Counted from the first letter of the stretch, positions 50,406-59,081 are shown. The stretch is 64,000 nt of DNA from Mariniphaga sp. (GCA_024636975.1 JAGXGA010000022.1:7122-71121), one strand, 5' to 3'. Numbers and translations are program-made. The notes: a model not told the origin generated them from the sequence alone.

Positions 50406-51191
50406 ATGAAGGACATTGTATTATCGGTTTTAATATTACTTGTATTTAGCATGGTACCGGAAACCCTACAGGCACAGTTTAAATGGCCTGGGAATGCCAA
50501 AGCGGCAGTTTGTTTTACATACGACGACGGGCTCGACTGCCACCTCGATGTGGCTGTACCGCAGCTCGATGAGTTTGACTTTAAAGGAACTTTTTATGCT
50601 ACAGGGAATTCACAAAGCCTTTACAAGCGGATGGATGATTGGCGGCAGATTGTCAGCAACGGCCATGAACTGGGTAATCACACCTTGTTTCATCCGTGCG
50701 ACGCGCAGCGGCTCGACTGGGTAAAACCTGAATACGACCTTAACAACTATACCATGGACAGGCTTATGAGCGAGCTGCAGGCCGCCAACTCACTGCTGAA
50801 AGCCATCGATGGGAAAGAGCAGCGAACCTATGCCTACACGTGCGGTGATTTTATTGCAGGAGGAGAGGATTTCAGCGGAAAGATTCAGCCGCTGTTCCGG
50901 GCTGCCCGGGGTGCGGGTGAGATTTCCGAATCAATGGATGGTTACAACATTTACAATACTCCAAGCTGGATGGTGGAGGATAATTCAGCGGCAGAGATGA
51001 TCGCTTTTGCAGAGACTGCGAGGGAAAGAGGTATTGTAGCTGTATTTATGTTCCACAGCGTAGGGGGAGGCTATCTGAACGTGGATGCGGATGAGCACCG
51101 GAAGCTTCTTGAATACTTCGATCAGCACCGTGATGACTATTACATTGGCACTTTCCTGGAAGTAATGGAATACATCCGCGGAAACCAGTAA
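50406..51191 (+). CDS. Secreted polysaccharide deacetylase (CE4-like)
   Basis: It has a signal peptide, FTYDDG (the Asp-Asp motif) and the later GHELGNHTLFH. Confidence 0.7.
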   Translation: MKDIVLSVLILLVFSMVPETLQAQFKWPGNAKAAVCFTYDDGLDCHLDVAVPQLDEFDFKGTFYATGNSQSLYKRMDDWRQIVSNGHELGNHTLFHPCDAQRLDWVKPEYDLNNYTMDRLMSELQAANSLLKAIDGKEQRTYAYTCGDFIAGGEDFSGKIQPLFRAARGAGEISESMDGYNIYNTPSWMVEDNSAAEMIAFAETARERGIVAVFMFHSVGGGYLNVDADEHRKLLEYFDQHRDDYYIGTFLEVMEYIRGNQ

Positions 51192-51220
51192 AAGCAGAAG
51201 CTTTTTCAACTAATCATGCT

Positions 51221-53437
51221 TTAATCAGTTTTAAGTGCATTTGGTGCAGTGGTTTCTAGATCAAGATCAAGGTGGGTTAGTTTATCCGTTACTTCAAAAT
51301 CGTATCCGGGGTATTCATACATAGGCATTCGGGGTTCGGTTTCGCCCAGGGAGTAGCCAAACACCCTTTCATATTCATCGCGGATTTCCCCCATGTTTTC
51401 CATTTGCCGCAGGTACTCGGCAAGGGTTTTGGCTTCAACAATAACCACTGTTTCCATCTTGTCAATAATAGGGCTGTGATTTCGTGTACGGTCGTGCCGG
51501 AACTGGAGTATGCGGCGGCCGTATCGTGTAATGCCGATGGTGCGGAAAGTAAGGCTTTTGCCAACGCCTGGAAGGTTCATGATGTTACGATCGGTGGCAA
51601 GGAATGGAATGTTGAGGTTTTTTCTCAAATCCGCCAGATTTTCGATTATATTCCCGGTATGGTGTAACAGTTTCTGCACTTTTGGCAACTCTTCTGCCGG
51701 CAATCTTCCCACGTATTTTTCTTCTATCTCTTCCTGGAGGGCACGGGCGTTAGGGGTAAAGTTGGCGCTGTTCTCCCGGAACCCTTTTACGGTGAACGTA
51801 TAGTAAGTGAGTATGCCGATGTCGTTCAATGTCTTTCGGAGCTTTGCCGTATGTCCGCGTCTTGAGGCAGGTGCCGTAAGCACCAGCTGGTTGACTACAG
51901 CCCATCCGGCATCGAGCAGCATTTTTACTGCTTGCCGCGCTTCCGGGGTAATTTCCATGGGCGATTCGAAATGCGTTTGAATTACAAATTGCCGGATACC
52001 GGCCCGGGAGGCTTTCTTTTTGAAATCGGCAAGAATTTTTACCAACACAGGAGTTACCCGTTGAGGCAGGTAAGCAGGCAGTCGGGTACCTATACGCACC
52101 CTTACCATTTCGGCATATTTTTCATGTTCCCCCCGCAGTTTGTTCTCTTCCTTTTTGCAGACGATCATCCTGTAAATCTCATCCAGTATGTTTTTCAGGC
52201 TGTTGTCGGAACTCATAAGTGCATCTCCGCCTGTAAGCAGGATGTCGCGCAACTGGGTATCGTCTTTAAAATAACTGAGCAATTTTGGCAGACGTTCCTT
52301 CCATGTTTCTTTGGGTTTTAACTTTGTCAGGTTAAAATTGTAGCGTCCGCTCTGGAAGTCGTACATCCTTTGGCAGTATGCACATAGTCCGCCGCAGGCA
52401 CGGCCCATTGTGTCGGGAATAAAGATTGCCACCTCGGGATATCGCCGGTGGATGTTGTGCGAGGGCAGTATCCACCCTGCCGCATTGGGTTTGCCTGCCT
52501 GCACCTTGTCCTCTTTTTCCCAGGCGTGGATTTGTCCGAATTCCTCTGCCAGTTGCCTGCTGTACAATACATAGCAACGGATGGCCAGATCACCGCCCAC
52601 TGCGAAACCCGGCGTTCGCACATTCAACAGCGACAGGTAATATGGGTTAATGAAAAAAGGAATTCCCTTTTCCTTTGCTTCCCGGAGAATGTTCATTGTC
52701 TCCTGGTCAAGGGAGTAATCGAGCAGCTCGTTCAGCATATCGGGAGTCCGGACTGCAAAAGTGAGGTGAAAACGGGCTTCGGTCCACCATGAATTCATTA
52801 GTGAACTTTTTTGTTTAAGGTTTAACCCCGGTTCAAAAGTATAATGGTTACTTTTGATTTCCCCGCTGTCAATTTTTTTAATTAGGAGCCGGATAACCCG
52901 GTCGCGGTTGTTCTTCCGCAAGCCGGCAATTTTTGGTTCTGTACCTGCCGGATAGCGTTCCATCCACTCTTTTACCTGTTCATGGCGTGGAATTTTGAAC
53001 CTCAATTTTCCGTTTAGCTGCCTGAACAAGTAAAACATATCAAGGAAGAAATCGGGTTTTGCACCGCCAATACCAAAATTAGTAGCCAGCCACAACATCT
53101 TTACCGGGCAGGTTTCAGCCAGTTCCCCCGGAATGTTCGGATCGGGCCATGCTTCCCCTTCATGCTCGATGTAATCGAGTATCCGGATAGCTGCCATATC
53201 TCTCCAGGTAAGCAGCTCATAAAACTCATATCCTGAATTTTTTCCATAAAAATATGCTGCTGCTGCCGGATTTTGTTGTAAAATGGGTAAGACCCATTCT
53301 TTGATTCCGGTTTTGGCTTCCAGTTCATTTTTCGAATTTCTGAGAATTTGTTCCAGCATTGGATTTTCCTTCAGTATGGTCAGTAAAATTTTCCGTGCAT
53401 GAACATTAATGGCAATTTTGTCAAGAAAAGTTTTCAT
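51221..53437 (-). CDS. KamA-family (lysine 2,3-aminomutase-like) radical SAM protein, long form
   Basis: The CxxxCxxC cluster ACGGLCAYCQ lies at 52373-52396. LLTGGDALM and NPYYLSLL are KamA-like blocks. I prefer the ATG at 53437 (MKTFLDK) over the TTG at 53479. Confidence 0.7.
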   Translation of the reverse strand: MKTFLDKIAINVHARKILLTILKENPMLEQILRNSKNELEAKTGIKEWVLPILQQNPAAAAYFYGKNSGYEFYELLTWRDMAAIRILDYIEHEGEAWPDPNIPGELAETCPVKMLWLATNFGIGGAKPDFFLDMFYLFRQLNGKLRFKIPRHEQVKEWMERYPAGTEPKIAGLRKNNRDRVIRLLIKKIDSGEIKSNHYTFEPGLNLKQKSSLMNSWWTEARFHLTFAVRTPDMLNELLDYSLDQETMNILREAKEKGIPFFINPYYLSLLNVRTPGFAVGGDLAIRCYVLYSRQLAEEFGQIHAWEKEDKVQAGKPNAAGWILPSHNIHRRYPEVAIFIPDTMGRACGGLCAYCQRMYDFQSGRYNFNLTKLKPKETWKERLPKLLSYFKDDTQLRDILLTGGDALMSSDNSLKNILDEIYRMIVCKKEENKLRGEHEKYAEMVRVRIGTRLPAYLPQRVTPVLVKILADFKKKASRAGIRQFVIQTHFESPMEITPEARQAVKMLLDAGWAVVNQLVLTAPASRRGHTAKLRKTLNDIGILTYYTFTVKGFRENSANFTPNARALQEEIEEKYVGRLPAEELPKVQKLLHHTGNIIENLADLRKNLNIPFLATDRNIMNLPGVGKSLTFRTIGITRYGRRILQFRHDRTRNHSPIIDKMETVVIVEAKTLAEYLRQMENMGEIRDEYERVFGYSLGETEPRMPMYEYPGYDFEVTDKLTHLDLDLETTAPNALKTD

Positions 53438-53570
53438 GATTTTTGATTCCAATATCCCCTTTTTTAATAATATAAGCAAAAAAGCTTGATTTTCAATTTG
53501 TAATTTTGAAGTAGAAATGGTTTTTAAAACACTTTTAACAGGGTAAAATCATAAACCATAATTGTAAGTG

Positions 53571-53624
53571 GTAACAGTCCTGAAGGGGGCGAAAGCAAAA
53601 GCAACGGGCAACACCTGTTCAACC
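53571..53624 (+). repeat. Repeat family B, copy 1
   Basis: cctgaagggggcgaaagcaaaagcaacgggcaacacctgtt aligns with 58891-58943 (cccgaatggggcgtaagcaacagcaacgggcaacgcccgtt). Confidence 0.65.
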
Positions 53625-53717
53625 ATTATTTTAAACCGTAGTAGAGTTGTTAAATAGTTTAAAATTAACAGGTATGCAATTGCGCGAAAGCTGAAGTAGT
53701 AGAGGTTTATGAAATAA

Positions 53718-56700
53718 TCAGGGTAAATCTACTTCCATATTTCGTAACTGAATATCAATAGCACTTTCGCTCGATTTTATAAAGTATTTCATATCTGTTA
53801 ACCCAAACACATTTACATTGTCGTGTCCTGTTATATAAGTATTGTTTTCAATGAATTTCTCCTTGCCAAAAAGGATTTTTTCTACCTCAGAAGATGGCCT
53901 AACTAAATGATTTCCAAAATTATTACGATAAGACTGTGATATTTTTTCAATAAATTCATTGTCCCTAATTGTGGAATATGGATGTAGAATTATCAAGTAA
54001 TCTTTTGCCCTGCTAATCGCCACATTATAAATATACTCCTTCGACAGTAAACATTTTGGATGGTTTGTGTAATAGTAATTATTAGGATTGCTAATAAAAA
54101 AAACTATATCACATTCATCGCCCTGAAAACCATGAACAGTGTCGGAATAAACTTTAACTTCTTCGGAAATGCCAAAAGAAGTAATCAATTTATTCATAAG
54201 AATTGCCTGTGCCTTGTATGGTGCAATCAATCCGATTGTCCATTGTTGATTTTTATTAATTGCATCAAAGTATTTGACGATTTCTGAAACCAAAATCGCA
54301 CAGTAGGTTTGGTATGAACTATAAAGCAATTTATTGATTTTGTAAATTGAGTCTTCCTGATTTAATGGAATATCAATAAAGGTAACAGCAGTTGAAATCA
54401 ACGTTTTAAATTCTCCGGGTAAAGTTTTGCTTTCTTTTCTGTTTACTTCTCTGTCGTGTTGCAAAAGCTTCGAGTAAGAAAGTTCACTAAAAAGTTGTCC
54501 AATTTGCTTTGTGCTGCGATATTGTTTATCAAGATTTTCAATTTCATCAATTTCTCTAACATTTTGCTCTTTCGGATTAAAACTTCCAAGCCCCATCATT
54601 TTATATATATTCTCGTCTTGAAAATCAAAATTTTCCAACTCATTGTCATTTACTTCTATAACAGGTGGAATTTGTTTCGGGTCACCTGCTACTATAAATT
54701 GTGCATTTGGATTAGTTTTAAACAAAGACAAAATTGCAAAAACAATGTAATGCAGTCCTGTCATTGACGATTCGTCGAAAATTACATAATCAAAGTTTCG
54801 GTGTTTGAAAAGTTTATAGGAGAGTTTTTCGTTTTCTTTTTCGCTATTTACAACATAGTAGGGTAAACGGTGAATCGTAGAAACGACAACATTTATATAT
54901 TTTAAAGCATTTTTACTTAAAGAATCTCTGTAGATTTCTTCGTCCATCTCTTTCAGTTCAGGGTCAGCAGATGCAGTTCCAAGTCTAGCTATAAGAATAT
55001 CTGAATTTATATTGTATAACTTTTTGCAAAGCACATCGGCGGCCTTATTTGTGGGCGTGAGAATAAGGAATTTTGCATTACGATTTTCCTTCAAGATATC
55101 GATTATTTTGTTGCATAAAGAAGTGGTTTTCCCAGTTCCGGGAGGTCCATAAATGTATTTTAGGGCGGGCAAAGTTTCCTTAATATCTTCCCATTCAATA
55201 ATATTATTTTTATTGACAAAAGCTTTAAATAGTTTATCTAACAATTCAACAACAGGCGTAAATTTAATCTCAACCCTAATTACACTTGATAATCGCGAGA
55301 CAAGTGACTGTGGAATTGATTCTCGGCAATAAATTAGCAGGTCCTGTCCTTTTTTTGACACACCTTCTACCTTAACGTTTTCATCTCTATGATTCTTCCG
55401 TATCAGGGTTACTTTTAAATCCTCGCTATCTTCAATACTCTGAGGAATGTATGCGCTTGCACCGCAAAGCAAAAAGTATTTGTCGGAAACTTTATCGTCA
55501 ATGTTATAACGTTTTATTTCCTGAAATGAAACCGACTTTTGCTTTATTGTAGTTTGCTTTTCGCTATATGTCAATAGTAACTTCAAATATGCTTCGAACC
55601 ACTGATAGGAATATTTAGTACTTTCGTTAATTGCCTTTGATAATGCTCTTCTGCTTTTCTTTATTTCTAGTTTATTTTTAATTTCAGTTACGCCTTTTGC
55701 TAACTCATCGTCTTCGTCGAAATCCGAAGATAAAATATTCTTTTTTATTTTTTCCTGATGAGGCTTTGTTTTTACAATAGATTTTGACAATGAATCTAAC
55801 TTTTCAATAGCATTCTCCAGTTCTTCAGAATCATATTCTGACTCTTTGGAATTTTGTTTGGTTTTTAGTTCTGTTTTTGCTTTTTCATTCTCTAAAAGTT
55901 CTTTTGCTCTTCTTGCTTCTTCTTCACTTCCAAACATTTGCGATATTCGTTGTTCTTTTGTTAAAATCACACTTGGTTTAAATTGTAATAACTCAATAAG
56001 TAGTTGTGCTTCAGTGCTTTTTACATCATATCCTTCCGCTAAGTCGTTGATAGTTATTTTATGTGGCGCAACAAAATTGCCATTTTTGGTGGCAAGCCAT
56101 TTTGATTCATGAAGAAATTTTTCGGCAGAAGATTTAAAGTATTCAGTGCGCGCTGAGTAATAAAAATAATCATGCTTCCCTTTAATGACCTCATTAAAAT
56201 TCTGATAACTATTCACGATTTTAATCATCTGCTTCCAAAGTAATTGCAAACGTGAAATGTCTTTTGATTCAACTATTTCTGAACTTCCATCTATTATTTT
56301 GTCAAAGACATAATTACGGGTTGAATGCGAAAGAGGAAGTTTATTCTTTTCTCGCCAATCTGTTATTTCTATTGTTAAAACTTTGGGAATAGTACTTACT
56401 CCAAGTTTCAACAAGAACTCATACAATAATTCGCGATCGGCATTATCAATTTGTTTATGATAATCGTCCAAATCAACAAACAGTGTATCGGGTTTTGTTT
56501 CAAAGTATTTATCCAAATCCTTATTTGGGTAATAAATTTCACATGGTCTTCCACGATAGGTTTTTTGGTCTTTTTTACTTTTATACGATACAAACTCTTT
56601 ATCTTTTAATAAAGTAATAAAATTGTCGATTATTGTTTTATTGCCGTGATTCTCTTTGTAGTATCTAAAGAATTTTTTGAAATGAGTATCTGTGTCTATT

Positions 56701-58466
56701 TCTCCACCGATATCGTATAAAGGCAAAATGTGGAAGATTTCGTCTTTGATATCCGGTTCTTTGATTCCAAATGCGGTTATAAATTCCTTTGAATATTTAT
56801 TCGATAAAAGGTTTTTATGAATAGTAATAAATGCCGAATTCCCGCCATCGCTCGGCAAAAACAGAATTGGGTGGTAGTTTTTTGTATTACTTTCATATCG
56901 AAAAGCAGCCGCAGGGTTTCGTCCTGTATCTTTAAAAATAGGTTTGGTTTTGAATTTTTCAATATATGATTTCCTCTCAGAAAGATATTCATAGAATTGA
57001 TGTAACCACTCAAAAGTCTGTTTCTCAATAAATCCAGTATCTATCATATTAGCAATTTTATTCTCCAAATCTAAATTTGCTTTAATAAGATTTGGCTCTT
57101 TTCTATTCCATGAATTCTCACTACCGCCATCAATGTAATCTGTTATTTCTGAATCCTTTCTTCTTCCAAGGGTTGTAAATACCCATTTTGCGTGAGGATT
57201 TCCTGTAAGTTGAGAAAGTTTTTCGTTGGAAAAAAGGAATGTTAAATCAGGCGTATCAGCCCAATAAGCATTCTTTTTATTTGTATACTCTCCGTCTTTT
57301 GCTGGTAATAATTCTTCTGTTTGAAATTTCTTTTTAATTTTTTTAAAAAATGGATAAAAGAGTTTTTCTTCTTCAGAATCATCCTCCAGAAAGTCGTTTT
57401 CTTGGTAAGGAATAATATTAATAATATCATCATCAATCAATTGCATATCTCTTAAAATCAAGAAACTATCTGAGGCTAATTTCGCAAGTTTCTTAACTGC
57501 CTTTTTATTCCATCCTTCATTCCTTTTTATTCCTTCGCGGCTGTCAGTCAATAAAAAAGGTGCGTGAACAATGAAATTTAAATTGGTTGTTTCTTTTGTA
57601 GGGAAAAAGCAAAAAGCAGGAAGATTTTTTGGTTTCAATTTCCCTTTTTCGAGAAAAAATCCAACAGAATAAGAATGCAACCGCCCTTCAATTTGTCTTG
57701 AAAAAAGCAACATTTTTTCATTTTTTTTATTCATTCCAACTTGTTGCGACAATTCAAGTTTTCTATAAGAAATATTACCGTTTTCTTCTACTTCTCTAAT
57801 AATTTTTTGAGAATACTCGCCGGTTTCACCATTGGCATCCCATCTTACTTCCAGCAAATTTGAAAGAAACAAAATCGGATAACTCAAAGATTTTAGCTTG
57901 CCTAAAATATCGGCATATGCTTTCACTTTGGGCATTTCTTTTTTGTCGAATGGAAAATAAAATACGGTTTCATCGGATTTTCTTTTATCAATATCCATTT
58001 TCAATTTTACAGGAACAATAAATCGTTCTATTTTAAATTGAAAATCGCGGTCATAGATATGAGGTGTTTTACTATATTGAAAAACTGCTTTAAAACCTAC
58101 TCCAAATTTCCCAATGGTAGAATGGTCTGTCTTATTAGATTGAGCAACTGCTGTGATTGAATTTATATCACCCAAACAATTAATTTGTTTGTCTTTCTTT
58201 TCAGTCTCAGGATTTGAAACCCAAAAATGTTTTGTTCCATTGTGCTTAAAGTATAATCCGTTTACTTTCAAATTAAATTCAGCCATTGTCGCTTTTGCGT
58301 CATCGGCATTTTGTAGCAACTCATAAATAAAATGCGCTTGGTCTGAATATTTTTCTACAACACTATCCCACATGTTGCCTACAGCAAAATCTTCCATCAA
58401 TGTGTTAGCTGTATTATTTCTTTTCCCAAAGAGTTTCTCAAACCATATCTTTTGTTGTTCGGTCAT
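53718..58466 (-). CDS. 1582-aa fusion protein: N-terminal sacsin/MORC-type GHKL ATPase, ~750-aa uncharacterised middle, C-terminal Upf1-like SF1 helicase
   Basis: The GHKL N-box is YELLQNADDA (aa 48-57) and the G-box is IGKFGVGFKAVF (aa 118-129). FIVHAPFLLTDSRE is sacsin-like. The helicase has Walker A YGPPGTGKTT (aa 1106-1115), Walker B VIFDESSM and GDPKQIPPV. Further helicase motifs are QYRS, VHGFQGDECDIVF and NVAISRAKDYLIILH. A hand-counted 100-nt sample gave ~29% GC, against mid-40s or higher in neighbouring genes. Confidence 0.8.
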   Translation of the reverse strand: MTEQQKIWFEKLFGKRNNTANTLMEDFAVGNMWDSVVEKYSDQAHFIYELLQNADDAKATMAEFNLKVNGLYFKHNGTKHFWVSNPETEKKDKQINCLGDINSITAVAQSNKTDHSTIGKFGVGFKAVFQYSKTPHIYDRDFQFKIERFIVPVKLKMDIDKRKSDETVFYFPFDKKEMPKVKAYADILGKLKSLSYPILFLSNLLEVRWDANGETGEYSQKIIREVEENGNISYRKLELSQQVGMNKKNEKMLLFSRQIEGRLHSYSVGFFLEKGKLKPKNLPAFCFFPTKETTNLNFIVHAPFLLTDSREGIKRNEGWNKKAVKKLAKLASDSFLILRDMQLIDDDIINIIPYQENDFLEDDSEEEKLFYPFFKKIKKKFQTEELLPAKDGEYTNKKNAYWADTPDLTFLFSNEKLSQLTGNPHAKWVFTTLGRRKDSEITDYIDGGSENSWNRKEPNLIKANLDLENKIANMIDTGFIEKQTFEWLHQFYEYLSERKSYIEKFKTKPIFKDTGRNPAAAFRYESNTKNYHPILFLPSDGGNSAFITIHKNLLSNKYSKEFITAFGIKEPDIKDEIFHILPLYDIGGEIDTDTHFKKFFRYYKENHGNKTIIDNFITLLKDKEFVSYKSKKDQKTYRGRPCEIYYPNKDLDKYFETKPDTLFVDLDDYHKQIDNADRELLYEFLLKLGVSTIPKVLTIEITDWREKNKLPLSHSTRNYVFDKIIDGSSEIVESKDISRLQLLWKQMIKIVNSYQNFNEVIKGKHDYFYYSARTEYFKSSAEKFLHESKWLATKNGNFVAPHKITINDLAEGYDVKSTEAQLLIELLQFKPSVILTKEQRISQMFGSEEEARRAKELLENEKAKTELKTKQNSKESEYDSEELENAIEKLDSLSKSIVKTKPHQEKIKKNILSSDFDEDDELAKGVTEIKNKLEIKKSRRALSKAINESTKYSYQWFEAYLKLLLTYSEKQTTIKQKSVSFQEIKRYNIDDKVSDKYFLLCGASAYIPQSIEDSEDLKVTLIRKNHRDENVKVEGVSKKGQDLLIYCRESIPQSLVSRLSSVIRVEIKFTPVVELLDKLFKAFVNKNNIIEWEDIKETLPALKYIYGPPGTGKTTSLCNKIIDILKENRNAKFLILTPTNKAADVLCKKLYNINSDILIARLGTASADPELKEMDEEIYRDSLSKNALKYINVVVSTIHRLPYYVVNSEKENEKLSYKLFKHRNFDYVIFDESSMTGLHYIVFAILSLFKTNPNAQFIVAGDPKQIPPVIEVNDNELENFDFQDENIYKMMGLGSFNPKEQNVREIDEIENLDKQYRSTKQIGQLFSELSYSKLLQHDREVNRKESKTLPGEFKTLISTAVTFIDIPLNQEDSIYKINKLLYSSYQTYCAILVSEIVKYFDAINKNQQWTIGLIAPYKAQAILMNKLITSFGISEEVKVYSDTVHGFQGDECDIVFFISNPNNYYYTNHPKCLLSKEYIYNVAISRAKDYLIILHPYSTIRDNEFIEKISQSYRNNFGNHLVRPSSEVEKILFGKEKFIENNTYITGHDNVNVFGLTDMKYFIKSSESAIDIQLRNMEVDLP

Positions 58467-58547
58467 AAATTCTAATTTTTTAAGGATCGTTTAAAAATAA
58501 AATATAGTATTACTGGTAGCAAGCCATTCTTCTAACTGGATTCGATA

Positions 58548-58680
58548 TCAGGAAATGCCTTTACATATTCCTCCCAAGTATTCAAATAGAGAATTTTCAA
58601 TTTGATCATCTATTAATTTCTGATGGTTTTTTGTGCTGAATGTAAGATGAAACATAAACTTTGGATAATGATTGTGGCAT
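58548..58680 (-). pseudogene. Frameshifted, 3'-truncated IS200/IS605-type Y1 (RAYT-like) transposase stub
   Basis: The minus strand reads ATG..MPQSLSKVYV. One extra T follows, then HLTFSTKNHQKLIDDQIENSLFEYLGGICKGIS and TGA. This matches the N-terminal pattern M-QSLSK-Y-HL-FSTKN of REP-associated/IS200-like transposases. The HuH and Tyr regions are absent. Confidence 0.55.
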
Positions 58681-58756
58681 GATTAAATGATTTTTGGTAT
58701 GAAGTTTAAGAATAGTAAGTTAAAATTTTTTTTATTTAGTTGCAAATTTTATTTGC

Positions 58757-59005
58757 CATTGGGCCATTGCCCCGGAAGGGAATAGGAGTTTATCTGCTAC
58801 ATCGGGCGTTACCCGATGCTGATACCGGAAGGGCGTAGCCCTTCTTTCCTGTAAAATGATATTATATTATATTCTATAATTGTAGTTTGACAAAACCCCG
58901 AATGGGGCGTAAGCAACAGCAACGGGCAACGCCCGTTGGAAGGTGGGAAGGGCATCCTGAAAGCCCTGCAGGGGCGTAGGCAAGGTGTAATGATTAATCC
59001 CGTCA
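58757..59005. repeat. Cluster of GC-rich hairpin modules (REP/BIME-like), including repeat family B copy 2 at 58891-58943
   Basis: The modules are gggccattgccc, atcgggcgttacccgat, gggcgtagccc, cccgaatgggg, gggcaacgccc and gggcatcctgaaagccc. Each is a short GC stem with a 3-9 nt loop. Confidence 0.65.
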
Positions 59006-59081
59006 ATACCGTTCATCATACGCTACATTATCTTTTTAAGGAAAGCTAACAGTTCTTCTTAAGATGTTAATACAATTCAAT

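Noticed and set aside
51221-58466. Treating the KamA-like radical SAM gene and the giant ORF as one two-gene system
   Set aside because: They share a strand, but they differ sharply in base composition and are separated by 280 bp containing a REP-like element. Linkage is left as something to test rather than claimed.
58809-59006. ORFs lying over repeat clusters (58809..59006, 59099..59321, 49644..49835 and 61530..61775)
   Set aside because: Their translations simply read through GC-rich hairpin modules that recur in non-coding spacers (e.g. SNGRCPLLLLTPHSGF, GAATGLNNLGFQP). They have no start-site context and no domain resemblance.
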